64,000 nt of DNA from Lama guanicoe (Eukaryota): contig MU053799.1 in NCBI GenBank assembly GCA_013239625.1, positions 1 to 64,000 on the forward strand. The letters run 5' to 3'. This document shows, one piece after another, positions 12,924 to 25,476 of the stretch (within the stretch, counting starts at the first letter, position 1; every line of letters begins with the position of its first letter). Under the pieces are notes generated by a model, which worked only from the letters and a program-made list of their open reading frames with translations, made no database searches and was not told the origin of the DNA. The position numbers and the translations under genes are program-made.

Positions 12924-13528
12924 CGTCACCCTTAGCCTGGCTCTGCAGCTCTGCGTGTCCCTTCTCCAGTCTTGGTCCCACCTCTGCTGCTCCTGATATC
13001 GGGTTGGGAACTGAGTCAGGGGAGGCCCCTGTCCCCTCTCAGCTGAGACACAGGCTCTGTGACTTCTCAGTTGACTCACTGCTGGAGGAGGAGGGACAGC
13101 TCAGCTCCTCTGAAGAAGACAAGCAGGGACTTCACAGACGAAGGGAGACCTGCCCCAGGGATGGGGGTAGCTGTGGGCGGGAATAGATTTCTGGGCCGAA
13201 GAAGAGAGGATCCCACTATCTCCTCCTTCAGCCCTCAGGCTCTGCAGGGAAGATATTTAGGACTGAGGTCACAGGGGCGGGGGAGTACATTTGGTGACGG
13301 ACGTTACCCCCATCACTCAGTGCCACATCACAATGCCTTATGCCCGGCATCTGCTCCCTGTAGACCTCCCCTAGCAGACATCAGGTGACACTGGGCCGGG
13401 AGAGGGAGGAAGCTGAACTGCATGAAGCCCCTCCTCCTCCAAGTCGGTCCGGGAGGGAAGAAAAGGCCTGAGGACCCCACAGTGCAGCCCAGGAGGCAAA
13501 GGAGCTGCGTCCCAGGAGCGTCCTCACC

Positions 13529-13982
13529 ATGGCCTGGATAGTGCTTCTGCTCGGACTCCTCGCTCATGGCTCAGGTCAGGGATCAGGACGCTCCATCCTT
13601 CAGGGGCACTTAAGCCAGAGGTCGGGGTGACCGTGCTCCCCATAACGACCCCTGTCTCTCTCCTGTCAAATTTAGAGGTGGATTCCAAGACTGTGGTGAC
13701 CCAGTAGCCATCCCTGTCAGCGTCTCCAAGAGGGACAGTCACCCTCACCTGTGGCCTCAGCTCTGGGTCTGTCACTACCAGTAACTACCCCAGCTGGTAC
13801 CCGCAGACACAGGGCCAGGCTCCCCGAGCTCTTGTCTACAGCACAAGCAGCCGCTACTCTGGGGTCCCCAGTCGCTTCTCCGGATCCATCTCTGAAAACA
13901 AAGCTGCCCTCACCATCACGGGGGCGCAGCCCGAGGACGAGACCAACTATTACTGTGCTCTGGACATGCGTAGTTATACTGA
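13529..13982 (+). pseudogene. IGLV8: IGLV8-like pseudogene
   Basis: Mutated octamer AACTGCAT 13416-13423; leader 13529-13574; V exon from 13676 with in-frame TAG at 13705-13707; rest reads [21 protein letters not shown]...[11 protein letters not shown]. Confidence 0.92.
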
Positions 13983-14021
13983 CACAGTGATGTAACCTCA
14001 CGGGGCAGTGCTACCGAAACC
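13983..14021 (+). other. V RSS (23-nt spacer)
   Basis: CACAGTG, 23 nt, ACCGAAACC. Confidence 0.85.
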
Positions 14022-15824
14022 TCCCCCTGAGATCAGCGGCTCAGCCCTGAGGGGCAGGAGAGGAAGAGGGAGGGTGAAATGTCAGCACCACAGGGGAGGG
14101 GGCGCTATGCCCCCATCTCCTGCCCAGGGGTTCCAGGCCATGTGACTTCTCCAGCCTCCCCCAGAGTTTGTCCATTACTCCTAGGGGTTCCCCTCCCCTC
14201 CAATATGATGGTGACCGGGACTCCGTTCCAAATTCTATCTAGTTGCCATGAGACTGAGGAATCCAGCACCACCAGGATGAACTTCCCTGTTGTCCTCGCT
14301 GATCTCTGGCTGGACAATTATACTTCCTGCACTGTGCCTTCAGCTGGGGTTCCAGCAGTGCTGGCAGGACCTAAACTCCCACTCTCCTCACTGAAGCGAG
14401 CCAGACCTGGTCGCCTCTGGAGGAGTGTTGAGGGTCCAGGTTGCATAGCGGCCATCTTATTAGAGAATCCAGCCGGATCCAGGCAGGTCATCAGGGTGGT
14501 CAGCTGTCCAGTTCTCCACCCAGGATTCTTGCAGCACAGGGGGAGCTGGACTTCCTCCCCATCCCTCAGTGTGAGACTGAGCGAGGGTGACAAGGCAGGC
14601 TACTCTGCACTCTTGTCCCCATGCTGGTGACTGTGGGGCCAGTGAGGACTGAGCCCTGACCCCACTTGGCTTAAAAGGACTGAAACCATGTTGGGGGCAG
14701 GGATGCACACTGCGGTGTCTCTTCCTCCCTTTTGTCCCTAAGGCCAGGGAGCCAGTGGGCCAAGCAACCACCTAATGCAGCAAGGCAGCCAGTCTCAGCC
14801 TGGCTTCCCTCACTGGGGTCAGCACGCCCAGTAGGGGGCTCTACACCCCACCCCCTGGATGCGAAGGAGCTGGTGACCACAGCTGCCCCACGGTCCCTGG
14901 GATGGAGTCAGCAGCACAGAGCAGTGGGGCCAGGGCCCCCTTTGCTGGGTCAGTGGCAGTGAACACACCCCTCACCTTCTGCTGCGGGATGAGCCCTGAT
15001 CAGCAAAGACTAAATGGGACTCAGAGTTTCTTGATGTCACCTCCCTAGAGTCCAGGATCCAGTACAATTGTCACTTGTTGTATCAACAGCCAGGAAAATA
15101 GATATTGATGTGAAAACCGAATCCGTTGACATCAATACTGAGATGACTCAATGATGACATATTTTTGGGGAACTACATCAAACCCCTAATGAACAGGTAG
15201 AGACACTAGGAACAAACGGAGCAGGAGGTGATTTGAGGTAGAAATAGAACCAGGAGAATAAAGTGGATGGAAACAGAGACCTTTAATACAACAGAGGAAA
15301 ATAAAAAAGAAACCTCTCAGCGGGGGTTCAAAGACATGTAATGCGCATTATTATTTAATTTGTACATTTCATTATTGAGTGATGGATTATGGCTAGGAAG
15401 GAAAAAAGGGCTTCCATCCTTTCTGCATCATTTCCACCACCATGAACATTCCCGCGAGTGTCACCAGGGGTCGCTGTCGGTCTGCTCAGACCCCGCCAGG
15501 CCTGGACACCACCCAGAGGCTTCCACTGCAGGGGCCTTGCACCCGGGCTCACTGGCCAGATCTGGACGTGGGAGCAGGTGCTTCCTCTCAGGGGACAAAG
15601 CCCGAGCCCCGACCTCCTCAGGCCCCGCCTAGCGTGAGTTGCCACCTGGGGGGAGGACCCAGCAGTGAATGGTGTGTGGGCTCCTGTCCCCGTCGGGCCC
15701 CAACACCATTCCCCAGGAGCAGAGGAGGAAGAAGGGGGACACATGGGACCATCCCTGACCACTACTGCTCCTCTCAGCCTACCCGGCTTCTCTGGTATCT
15801 TTTCTTTGTGTTCCTCTTACTCCC

Positions 15825-16270
15825 CCCTTCCTCCAGTGCACAGATCATAATGACCTCAGCACCCCGACTCCCAGCTCTCCATCCCACCCCACCCACAGGG
15901 AACATCCATCCTTGTCCTTCCTCGGGACATAACGGTTGTCTCTTTTTCCAGGCTCGCTCTCCCAGCCTATGCTGACACAGTCGTCCCCTGCATCTGCCTC
16001 CCTGGGAGCCTCGGCCAAGCTCACCTGCACCCTGAGCAGTGGCTACAGTGGTTTTTACATGGACTAGTACCAGCAGGACCCGGGGAAGGGCACACAGTTC
16101 GAGATGGGAGTCGGCATCAGCGGTGTTGTTGAATCCATGAGGGATGGGGTCTCTGATCGCTTTTCAGGCTCGGGCCCTGGCCCAGAGCACGACCTGACCA
16201 TCTAGAACGTCCTGGAGGAGGACGAGGCTGACTACATCTGTGGGCCAGACCATGGCAGCTACGTGGAACC
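15825..16270 (+). pseudogene. IGLV9: IGLV9-like pseudogene lacking promoter and most of the leader
   Basis: Only the leader tail (CCTCCAGTGCACAG) remains and the donor is AT instead of GT. V exon from 15952; conserved Trp is TAG (16065-16067); second TAG at 16203-16205. Confidence 0.9.
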
Positions 16271-16308
16271 CACAGTGAAACCAGCAGAATAGAATTGACA
16301 CAAAATCC
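16271..16308 (+). other. V RSS (22-nt spacer)
   Basis: CACAGTG, 22 nt, ACAAAATCC. Confidence 0.85.
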
Positions 16309-17614
16309 CACTGACGGTCCAGTCCCCCTCTTCATGTCGCCCGACCCACAGTTCAGGGGACGCCTACTGAACTCCCCTGAGAGTTTCTACCTTCCAAGGG
16401 ATTTTCATAACTCAGCCCTTGTCAGTGAGGACAGTCTGTCCCCGCACAACCTGCCTGGTCTTGGACCACAGCGAATGTTCCCCTGGGTTGGAAAACATAA
16501 GCCAATCTGGGTTCAATTCCAGTGAAAGACTTCCAATCCTGAACTTCAAGCTGCAAAACAGGGTCTGTGGCATCCTTCCCTTTTTCAGTCAGTATGACAT
16601 TCAGGTCACTGCCCACTGGGAAAAGTAACACGGAGATGAATCCACGAGACTGTGGTTGGATTGACTGCTTGAATGCACATGAGTTTTGGAACATGGAGCC
16701 TGGGCGTGTCCTAAAGAGTGCCCCGGGAATGCTGGTGCTGTGGTGTTTGTTAAAGTCATGGGTGAGGGGGTAGGAGGAGGGAGAGAGGAGAGGAGATTGA
16801 AGGATTGAAGTGATCCTGATGAGGGCTGATGGGGGGTGAAGGTGTGGGAGTCCCCTTAGTCTATCACCATGGATTTCTGTAATGTCAACGATTTCCACGA
16901 AAGCAGACGTGTGAACAAGAAGACCTCCACCCTTGTGTGTTGTGATGCGTGTCTGCCCCAGGTTAACGTCACCAAAGTGCCAAAGTGTGTGTTTCCCCCC
17001 TGATCTGAGGTTTAATCCTTTATCCTTCCAGCAGAAAGAGGGGGCTGCTGTGATGTTGGCAAGGGACAAGAGCTCAAGTGTCACTGACAGAGGGAGGGAG
17101 GGGGTCCAGATGGAGGGGAGGGCCTGTCATTCGGGTTTGAGGGTGCGGAGCCAGATCAGGAAGGTAGCTTGTGAGGCTGAAGTGTAGGGATTTCATGTAA
17201 ACAGCAATGAGGAGTCATTGAAGGGTTTAAGACAGAGTTTGCTTGAGCTAAAGGAGGATTAACTTCGTCGTCCTAGGAGAAACAGGTGGTCCTGGTTACA
17301 GGAAACTTACTGATATACCTGCGAGTCCAGATGATCATGGAGCATTTGCACAATTGAGGCAAATTTGGACACAGGATATGCTGAGGACATGATGGTTTCT
17401 GCATTTGACAGGCACGCATGGCCCATCTACTGACCCAAAACAATGAGCAAGAGAACCCAGGTGTGGACATTTTTGTTTATAATACAGACAAATTGTAGGA
17501 TCTCTAGGACAGGGTCCTCACAAGAAATATGTGACATCACTGTGAGAAAAACCCCATCTTAGGAACATAATCCTCACACATGACAAATATATCACAAGTA
17601 GCTGTGATATATTT

Positions 17615-18075
17615 ATACAATGGAATAATACTCAGCTATGAAAAAGAATAAAATAATGCCATTTGCAGCAACATGGATGGACCTGAAGATCGTCATTCTA
17701 AGTGAAGTCAGCCAGAAAGAGAAAGATACCATATCACTCATATGTGTTATCTACAGACAGCAAAAAGAAGACAGTAATGAATTTAATTATGTAACAGAAA
17801 CATTCTCACAGAGAAAATAAACTTATGGTTTCCAGGGGGAAAGGGGGTAGAAATGGATAAACTGTGAGTTCAATATTTGCAAATATTAACTACTGTCTAT
17901 AAAATAGATAAACAAGGTTTGTGTGTAGAGCGCAGGGAACTAGATTCAGTATCTTAAAGTAAGTTTAGTGAAAAAGAATATGAAAACAAATATATGTATG
18001 TGTGTATGACTGAAGCATTATGCTGTACACCCAACACGGACACGTTGTAAACTGAATATTCCTCAATAAAAAGGA
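17615..18075 (+). mobile_element. LINE-1 3' fragment (paralogue of 4155-4615)
   Basis: ORF 17638 MKKNKIMPFAATWMDLKIVILSEVSQKEK resembles L1 3'-end sequence. Confidence 0.8.
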
Positions 18076-18871
18076 AAGAAATATATGGCATGTGCACTAC
18101 TAAATGATATGCCTGCCGAACAATATCATTTCCAACAATCATGTTAGACTCCATCAAAATTCTGAAAGCATCGCATGAGTTTTGAAATGGCTGCTGTTTC
18201 CAGGTTTGAAATATGACCTTTTGCTTTTTCATGAAAAATCCAGATCTAAACCCTTTCCTCCAACAGCCCTACCCGTGCTTCAGACCAACTCACTGTCCCC
18301 TTGTCACTGGTGCACACGTGGGTCAGTTAGCTTTTCTAGAGTGTACTCTGGGAGGGGGCTGTAACTTCTAATGGTTCCATATGCACAGGTTTGCAGCTTG
18401 CATGGACCAGGACTCCATTTGAAAATGAAAATATTTTATAGGATGTGACTCAGCATAAAAGAACCACAGGATCTGGGAAGGTGACCATGGGCCTGTGAAT
18501 CTAGACAGGGACCAGGTGAGCTTCACCAGTTGGGCCCTCAGGTCTCTGATCCTGGGTGAGGTTGTGCCTCGTGACCAGCAGGGGATGCTGGGGGTCTCCC
18601 CTGTGGTCCCTGCACAGCTGCTCATGGAAGACCACTCACTCCCAGGAGCTGGGCCTGGTGGCTGGCCCTGTGGTCCTGATGGGGACTCAGGCATGTGTCC
18701 TCTCTGGTTGGCAGAGTCCCTTGAGCAGGGACCCCTGTGGTCTCAGCAGATGCCTCTTCCAAGGGTCTCCCAAGGGGGAGGCCACCCTCCATCTCCTCCG
18801 AGTCTGGGCTGTGAGCTGAGCTCCAGCATGGGGACTGAGGGAGGGGCTGGGCGGTCCCTGGGGTGACACTC

Positions 18872-18879
18872 ATTTGCAT
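18872..18879 (+). promoter_or_regulatory. Octamer motif of IGLV promoter
   Basis: ATTTGCAT upstream of the ATG at 18969. Confidence 0.85.
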
Positions 18880-18968
18880 GGGCCACCCCTTCTCTGGCAG
18901 AGGCTGGCAAGAAAACGAGGCCTGGTGCAGCCCAATCTCAGCGTGGGGACCAGGGGGCTGTGAGCACC

Positions 18969-19464
18969 ATGGCCTGGACTCCTCTCCTGCTCCTGCTCCT
19001 CTCCCACTGCACAGGTAGGTACAGGCTTTGGGGACCACGGCTCAGTTCCCCGCCTTCAGCAGCCCCTGTGGCTCAGACTCTGGGAACGCTTCCTGCAGGT
19101 CCAGCCCCATGTGCCCCTTGTGTCTGTGTTTGCAGGGTCCCTCTCCCAGCATGTGGTGACTCAGCCGCCCTCCCTCTCTGCATCTCTGGGATCATCAGCC
19201 AGACTCACCTGCACCCTGAGCAGTGGGAACAGTGTTGGCAGCTATGCTATAAGTTGGTACCAGCAGAAGGCAGGGAGCCCTCCCCGGTACCTCCTGTACT
19301 ACTACTCAGACTCCAGCAAGCACCAGGGCTCCGGGGTCCCGAGCCGCTTCTCTGGGTCCAAAGATGCCTCGGCCAATGCAGGGCTTCTGCTCATCTCTGG
19401 GCTGCAGCCCGAGGACGAGGCTGACTATTACTGCTCTGCATACAAGAGTGGCTCATACAATTCA
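18969..19464 (+). CDS. IGLV5: IGLV5-like lambda V segment, apparently functional (exons 18969-19014, 19136-19464)
   Basis: [41 protein letters not shown]...[73 protein letters not shown] intron, conserved C-W-C, RSS present. Confidence 0.93.
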
Positions 19465-19503
19465 CACAGTGCCCCAGACCCAAAGGGAAGTGAGACTAAA
19501 ACC
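19465..19503 (+). other. V RSS (23-nt spacer)
   Basis: CACAGTG, 23 nt, ACTAAAACC. Confidence 0.92.
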
Positions 19504-21289
19504 TCCCCTGTGCTCTCCCCGCTGGGCCATTCCTGCGCTGTGCCTGGGACCAGGTCGCACTCAGGGTGACTTTCTGTTGTCACATCTTCAGGCAGCATCT
19601 GAGTTTCCTCCGAACAGCAAATCTGACCCTGTCACAGCCTCTTCCTCATCTCACATCTGAGACTGAGCATTGCTGTTGTATCTCAGCCTGCTCGTGTTTC
19701 CACAGGCAGACAGGACTTACTCCGAGATGAACACCTCCCCATGGAGATGTTATAAGTGGTAGACAGTGTTGGGTCCTGGCTCCTCCCATCTTAGCGTGTA
19801 AGGGTGACCCCTGGATACTTCTTGTCTAAGAGCTTCATTGTGAGATCTGAGATCCAAAATCAACATGCAGAAGTGAGCGGTAAAATACACACTGGCAATG
19901 AACCATCAGAAATTGACAATAAAATGTAGAAGTACCAATTAATGGCATCACATTAAGAAATAGGTAAGGATAAATCTGAAAAATAAAAGCCTGTCAATCT
20001 GGTCCAACAGCAGAGCCTCCTTGACCCCCGCAGGGCTCCTCCTGAGTGGGTGGGTGATGACCACTGTCACACAGCTGAGCACAGCCCGGATGGGCTGGGA
20101 CTCCAGTCCCTGGTACGGGAGATGTGCATGTACCCCCTACTCTCCCCAGTGTGACCCCTCATTCCCACCCCCGCTATGGACAACACCAGCTGTGGTATTG
20201 GAATCTGTCATCACATCAGCTACAAGAACCAGAAAGAGTGATGTTCTGGAGTCAGTGTGATCCTCAATGGGTTGAAAATAACCTCCTCTCTTACTGGTCT
20301 TCCAGTGACAAATCATTTGTCACTAGTATCCAGAGAAGCCCCCATCGTGCTGGCTGGAGAGGACAAGGAAGAGACAAGTCCAGCCCGTGGGACCCAGGGC
20401 ACCCAGTCCTCCTCTGGCTGGTCCCATCATGTCCCATGAGCCTGGCCCAGGCTCTGCTGGTGAGCCCTGGACTCTGAGACCTTCACGAAGCAGAATCCCT
20501 GTGCAGGTGGGAGGAGCTATTGGACGCCGAGGTGCAGGATACCCTCCCTTCTCCTGAGTTTACCTCCGTTAGTCTAATTGTCTCCCACTCTGGTTTCTGT
20601 TTTGTTTCACTTTTATTGGGAGGTTATTTGAATGGATCTCAGTTCATTGGAGTCTAGAGCCTATGATTCAACCCTCATTATCACACAGAACCTAACATTA
20701 CAGGAACGTTTCTAGAACATTTTCTTCTGTCTTCAATGCCAGTCCATGGAGGACTTTACCGAATAAACTTAAGGTTCCCTGGAGGGTGAGTAACAGCTGT
20801 GAAGGCCACTAAGGGTCAGAAGACGAGGAAGCACCTTCAAGTAATTAACTAATTAAGTTGTTAGTTACAGATGATTATAACAATGACTCATCCTCAATCC
20901 TTAAACTGAAAACGATTACAAAACTAGACCATAATATGAAAAAAAAAACATGAACACACCCCAGATTCATGAAGAGTGAATGAATCAGAGCCGAGCAATT
21001 AAAGGCCAACGGAGGCTGAGGTGAGCATGAGGGGAGGACACTGTGTCTCTACTACGTTGTGTTCTAGGGGCCAAGAGAGTCATCAGATGCCTGAAATTGG
21101 GCCCTGGGGGTGGGGATCTAACAGGCGTCCCTCACAACAAGACCACCACCAACAATAAAGTGTCGGCCTGTCAGGGTAACACATATGGAATTTTTGTCAA
21201 TATGAACCAGGAGGGTACACTGTAGACTGTTACGTTATGAACTTGGTTTATTTTAGTTATTTTTGAAAGTTTTTCTTTGGAAATAATTA

Positions 21290-21385
21290 GGTTATTTACT
21301 TATTTTCAGTGGAGGTACTGAGGATTCAACCCATGATGTCGTGCACACTAAGCACGCACTCTACCACTGAGCTGTACCCTCCCCC
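21290..21385 (-). mobile_element. tRNA-derived SINE (Vic-1-like)
   Basis: Reverse complement GGGGGAGGGTACAGCTCAGTGGTAGAGTG...GGGTTGAATCCTCAGTACCTCC followed by an A-rich tail; A- and B-box-like motifs. Confidence 0.8.
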
Positions 21386-22318
21386 TTGAACGTGGTTCAT
21401 GATGGCCTTGTATTTGCACTGACCCAGGCACATGGAAGGATCAGACAAGATGCCAGGTGATCTTGAAACACAAGCAAGAGAAGGGCTGTGCAATACTTCC
21501 CAGCGTTAGTACCTGGAGGGCATTCATTGTCTAGAAATGATCTAGACAGTTAATGTCTCAGTCCCAATCCCAGTGGAGGAGCCTCCTCCGTCTACTCATG
21601 TGGGGAGTAAGATGACAAAGATGCGTGTGCAGAACTAGGCTGCCCTCCAGGAGTGCTGGGTGGAGACAGAGGGGCTGGGGGGCCCTGGATCAGAGACCAG
21701 TAGGGGGCACTGTTTCAAGGTCCTGAGAAGGCAGGGTTCTGGGCAAAGTTACCATTGAAAATTTTCTATTAATACCTGCACACTTAGATAGTGACCTAAC
21801 AGGCGTGTGGCCTTGGCTTGTTCATGTGACTAAAATTTAGGATCACACATGCACTCCTGGGAACAAGGTCGAGAATATGTTGCCCCAGCATCTCAGTTTG
21901 TGCCCCTAAAGCCTGTCCTGGAATCAACACATTATCTGATTGTCCCCCATCCAGAAGGGTTTCCTGGATGTCAGAGGCAGGTTACCCTGGGAGATTCCAT
22001 GATGGGTGAGAGCAGAACTAGGGACACACGCAGATCCCAGGTCTCAATCAGGATGGCTGCTGACTATTCAGAAGCTGATCTGTGAGCACCATTTACTGGA
22101 CACCTGCTATGTCCCGGGCTCAGGTGTCAGATACACATCGTTAGACGATAGAAGCTGGGACGACCACCCGGGCCTGCCTGGTGTCCTCTGCTCAGGTCTC
22201 CCAGCTAGGACACCCCCACCTTCAGGCCCCACACAGCCCCATCCCAGCCCATTCCCTGCCCCCTCAGGCAGAGGGAGAGGACCCCGGGCCCAGGGAGGGA
22301 TCAGAGAGCTGGGGAATC

Positions 22319-22326
22319 ATTTGCAT
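22319..22326 (+). promoter_or_regulatory. Octamer motif of IGLV promoter
   Basis: ATTTGCAT upstream of the ATG at 22431. Confidence 0.85.
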
Positions 22327-22430
22327 GACTGGCCCCTCCCTCTCTCAGAGTATGAAGATTGGGAGAGACCTGGGGATGCTCTGCTCAGCTATGAGGACAC
22401 AGAAGGCAGGACACAGTGACCATCCCCACC

Positions 22431-22887
22431 ATGGCCTGGTCCCCTCTCCTCCTCACCCTGCTGGCTCACTGCACAGGATTAGAGACAGAGGAAGGGGCCC
22501 TGGGAGGACGCCTGGGCTCTGGGTCCTCCTCTGTGTCTTGGCTCCAGAATCAGCATCTCTGTCTGTCCCACTTGCAGGGTCCTGGGCCCAGTCTGTGCTG
22601 ACTCAGCCGCCCTCCGTGTCTGGATCCCCGGGCCAGAAGGTCACCATCTCCTGCACTGGAAGCAGCAGCAACATCGGGGGTGGTTATAGTATTCAGTGGT
22701 TCCAACAGCTCCCAGGAACAGCCCCCAAACTCCTCATCTGTGGTAACAGCAATCGAGCCTCGGGGGTCCCAGACCGCTTCTCTGGCTCCAAGTCTGGCAG
22801 CTCAGCCTCCCTGACCATCACTGGGCTCCAGGCTGAGGACGAGGCTGACTATTACTGTGGATGTTATGACAGCAGCCTCAGTGGTGG
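22431..22887 (+). pseudogene. IGLV1: IGLV1-like segment with open V exon but lost splice donor and defective heptamer
   Basis: Leader 22431-22476 is followed by GA, not GT (GTGACTG of the paralogue is missing); V exon 22578-22887 is open ([22 protein letters not shown]...[12 protein letters not shown]). Confidence 0.88.
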
Positions 22888-22926
22888 CTCAGTGCTCCAG
22901 GACGAGGGGGAAGTGAGTCAAAAACC
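22888..22926 (+). other. V RSS with mutated heptamer
   Basis: CTCAGTG (essential CAC changed to CTC), 23 nt, TCAAAAACC. Confidence 0.85.
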
Positions 22927-25412
22927 TGCTGTCCCTCAGTCCTTGCTGCTGAGCCAACACAGCTGTGTCCTTTCTTTGTTTTGTCTGAAATGTGGGTCTT
23001 AGACCAACCCTATGGGACTTTATCTACAGAATGTGTCCTGACTTCTCAAATTCTGCCCTAAATCCAGTCCTTGTCAGCAGAACCTTGGCTGCTGTTCTCA
23101 AAGTGAATAGGACTTCCTGGATAGCCCTGGGCTGCTGTGCCAGGACTGAGCCCACGTTGGGTCAGAATCAGGGATACGAAGCCCAGATGTGCCTGATTAG
23201 GAAGGACTGTAAGGAGTTCCGTCCATCCACACCCTTGAGTGAACACCTACCAGGTGACCAGTAGACTCCAGTGATTGGATACTACATGAATGACGTAGGG
23301 CAGCCTGTGTCCTCATCAATACATCACACATGACTGAGGAGGAAGAGGTGGGCTTGGCGGGTGGATGTGGGAGCCACTGGGTGGAGTACAGGGAAGCAAG
23401 AGAAGATGATGATGTATGCGTTCTGCACAGAAGGTGAGGGAGGAGGAGGTGAGAGTGAGGGCAGGGACCACATGGGGGTGTGGATAGGACACAGTGGTCA
23501 GACCATGGTGTCGGGGATGATGGGGGAGCAAGTGAGGGGAAGGCGCACAGTCAGGGGCCACGAGTTTTGGAGGAAGGAGTAAGTATAGAAAGGGGTCGGG
23601 AAAGAGTGGAACCGAACTGGGGTTTAGGAACAGCGTGGGGCAGGGCTGAACTGCAGTCACCTGAGATGACATGATGACCACATCCTGCTAATGCATGATT
23701 ATTGAGATCAGAGACCATTAAGAAAACGACTGGCTTTTGATAGGTGATCCGGCGTCAATTATCCTTAAAGTGTGTCTCTAGGGGGCGCACATCTCACATT
23801 CAATGGAATATTTACCTTCTGCTGTTAAATTCAAGGAACTGGAAGACCAGACTGGAAGGAAGAAGCCGGGATATGTGTTCTCAGCCCTTCCCACATGCTA
23901 GAACCCACGGCTTTGGAAAGCACAGGGTCACATCGTCTCCTCCTGATCGACTGGTGCGCACCTCAGGGATGGGCTGCTCACCTCTTTGTTTTGACATCTT
24001 CCCAGAAGGTTCCTTTCTGCAGCCAGGACTGATCACACCCACTTGGCTGCACCTGTCAGGTCTTGATGAGAAAAAGGACAGACAGGACTAGTCAGGCTGA
24101 GACGGCAGAGACTCGGCTCCAGAATGGACCCCAGCCTCAGGGGCAGGGTCAATGTGATGGGTCCACAATGACCTCATCATGTCCTGTGGGGACTGGAAGG
24201 CTGTGCCGGAAGCAGGCGTTAGGATGGCTCGTGAAGTGCCAGGACAACGTCTAGTGGGAGAAACAAAGAAAAAACTAGATGAACAAGGGTGGAATCCACA
24301 TAAAGGAAGTCACAAGCACAGTGCGGCAGATACGAGGAAACACCCAGGAACCAGGTAATCTCTCCCCTCTCTTGGGGTCACATCAGAAAGACTGCTGTAA
24401 AATGGAACACTGTACATGTGGGCTGGAGACATCCCAGGGGCTGGAGGAGGTGGCCCCATGGCCAGCAACAGGCACAATGTCGAGTCCAAGAGGGGATGTT
24501 GGGGCAGACAGCTGGTCAACCACCCAGACTCCAGGGGAGCTGGGCAAACTGCCCTCACTGACTTGTGACCGTCCTCCCTGTGAGGCCCCATCACCTGGGA
24601 GATCCTGGGCCTGCTCCTTCAGCACATGGTGCAGATCAGGGTCACCTCCTCCCTGTCCTCCACGGAGTCTTTGCCAAGTGCGGGTCAGGGAGGGGCTGTT
24701 AGGAGGTGAAGAGTCAGCGTGTGTTTCAAGGAGAATGTGGGCTCCTGGAAGAGTCTGTCCAGAAGAGACACAGTTCGTTGGCAGAGTCTTCACTGTGGAA
24801 CCCGTGTGATGTGTGTGTGTGAAAGAGAGAGTATGTTAGCATATTACAAATGCGTCTGCTTCAATTTTTATGTGCTTTTTGCTATTATGATGTTAAAATT
24901 CAATTTAAAACGTCTTAATATGAAATATAAGTTGAAAACTGACAGTTGGTAACACTATTACTTTATTAATCTGGTAGTGGAATTTCACTGTTAGTACTTC
25001 GTTTAGAATATTTGTATCAATATTTAATGACAGTGGTTTGTAGTTTCCCCTCTTTAATATCTTATTTATCAGCTGTATTTGTAACTGTTTTAACTGCTTT
25101 CTCAAAGAACTAGGAAATTTTACATCTTGTTCAATATTTTATAAAAAATACACAAAGCCATTTTTTTGGACCATTTGCTCTCTGAATGTTTTTTAGCTAT
25201 TCCTCATGAAAAATATATATTATGTTTTCCTATGGTCCAATTCTAGAATAAAATTTTGTATTTTTCTTACAAAATCACTGTTTACTTATTTCCTCTAATA
25301 ATGCCATTTGTATCTTCCAAGGAAAGTTTTGTATTTGATTTCCTTTTCTTAAAAGCAGAAATTCTTAGGTTTTTTTTTTTTTTTTCATTTTCCACATTTG
25401 ACCCGCAGGGGC

Positions 25413-25476
25413 NNNNNNNNNNNNNNNNNNNNNNNNNNNNNNNNNNNNNNNNNNNNNNNNNNNNNNNNNNNNNNNN
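25413..25476. other. Assembly gap (64 N)
   Basis: Run of N with duplicated flanks. Confidence 0.99.
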
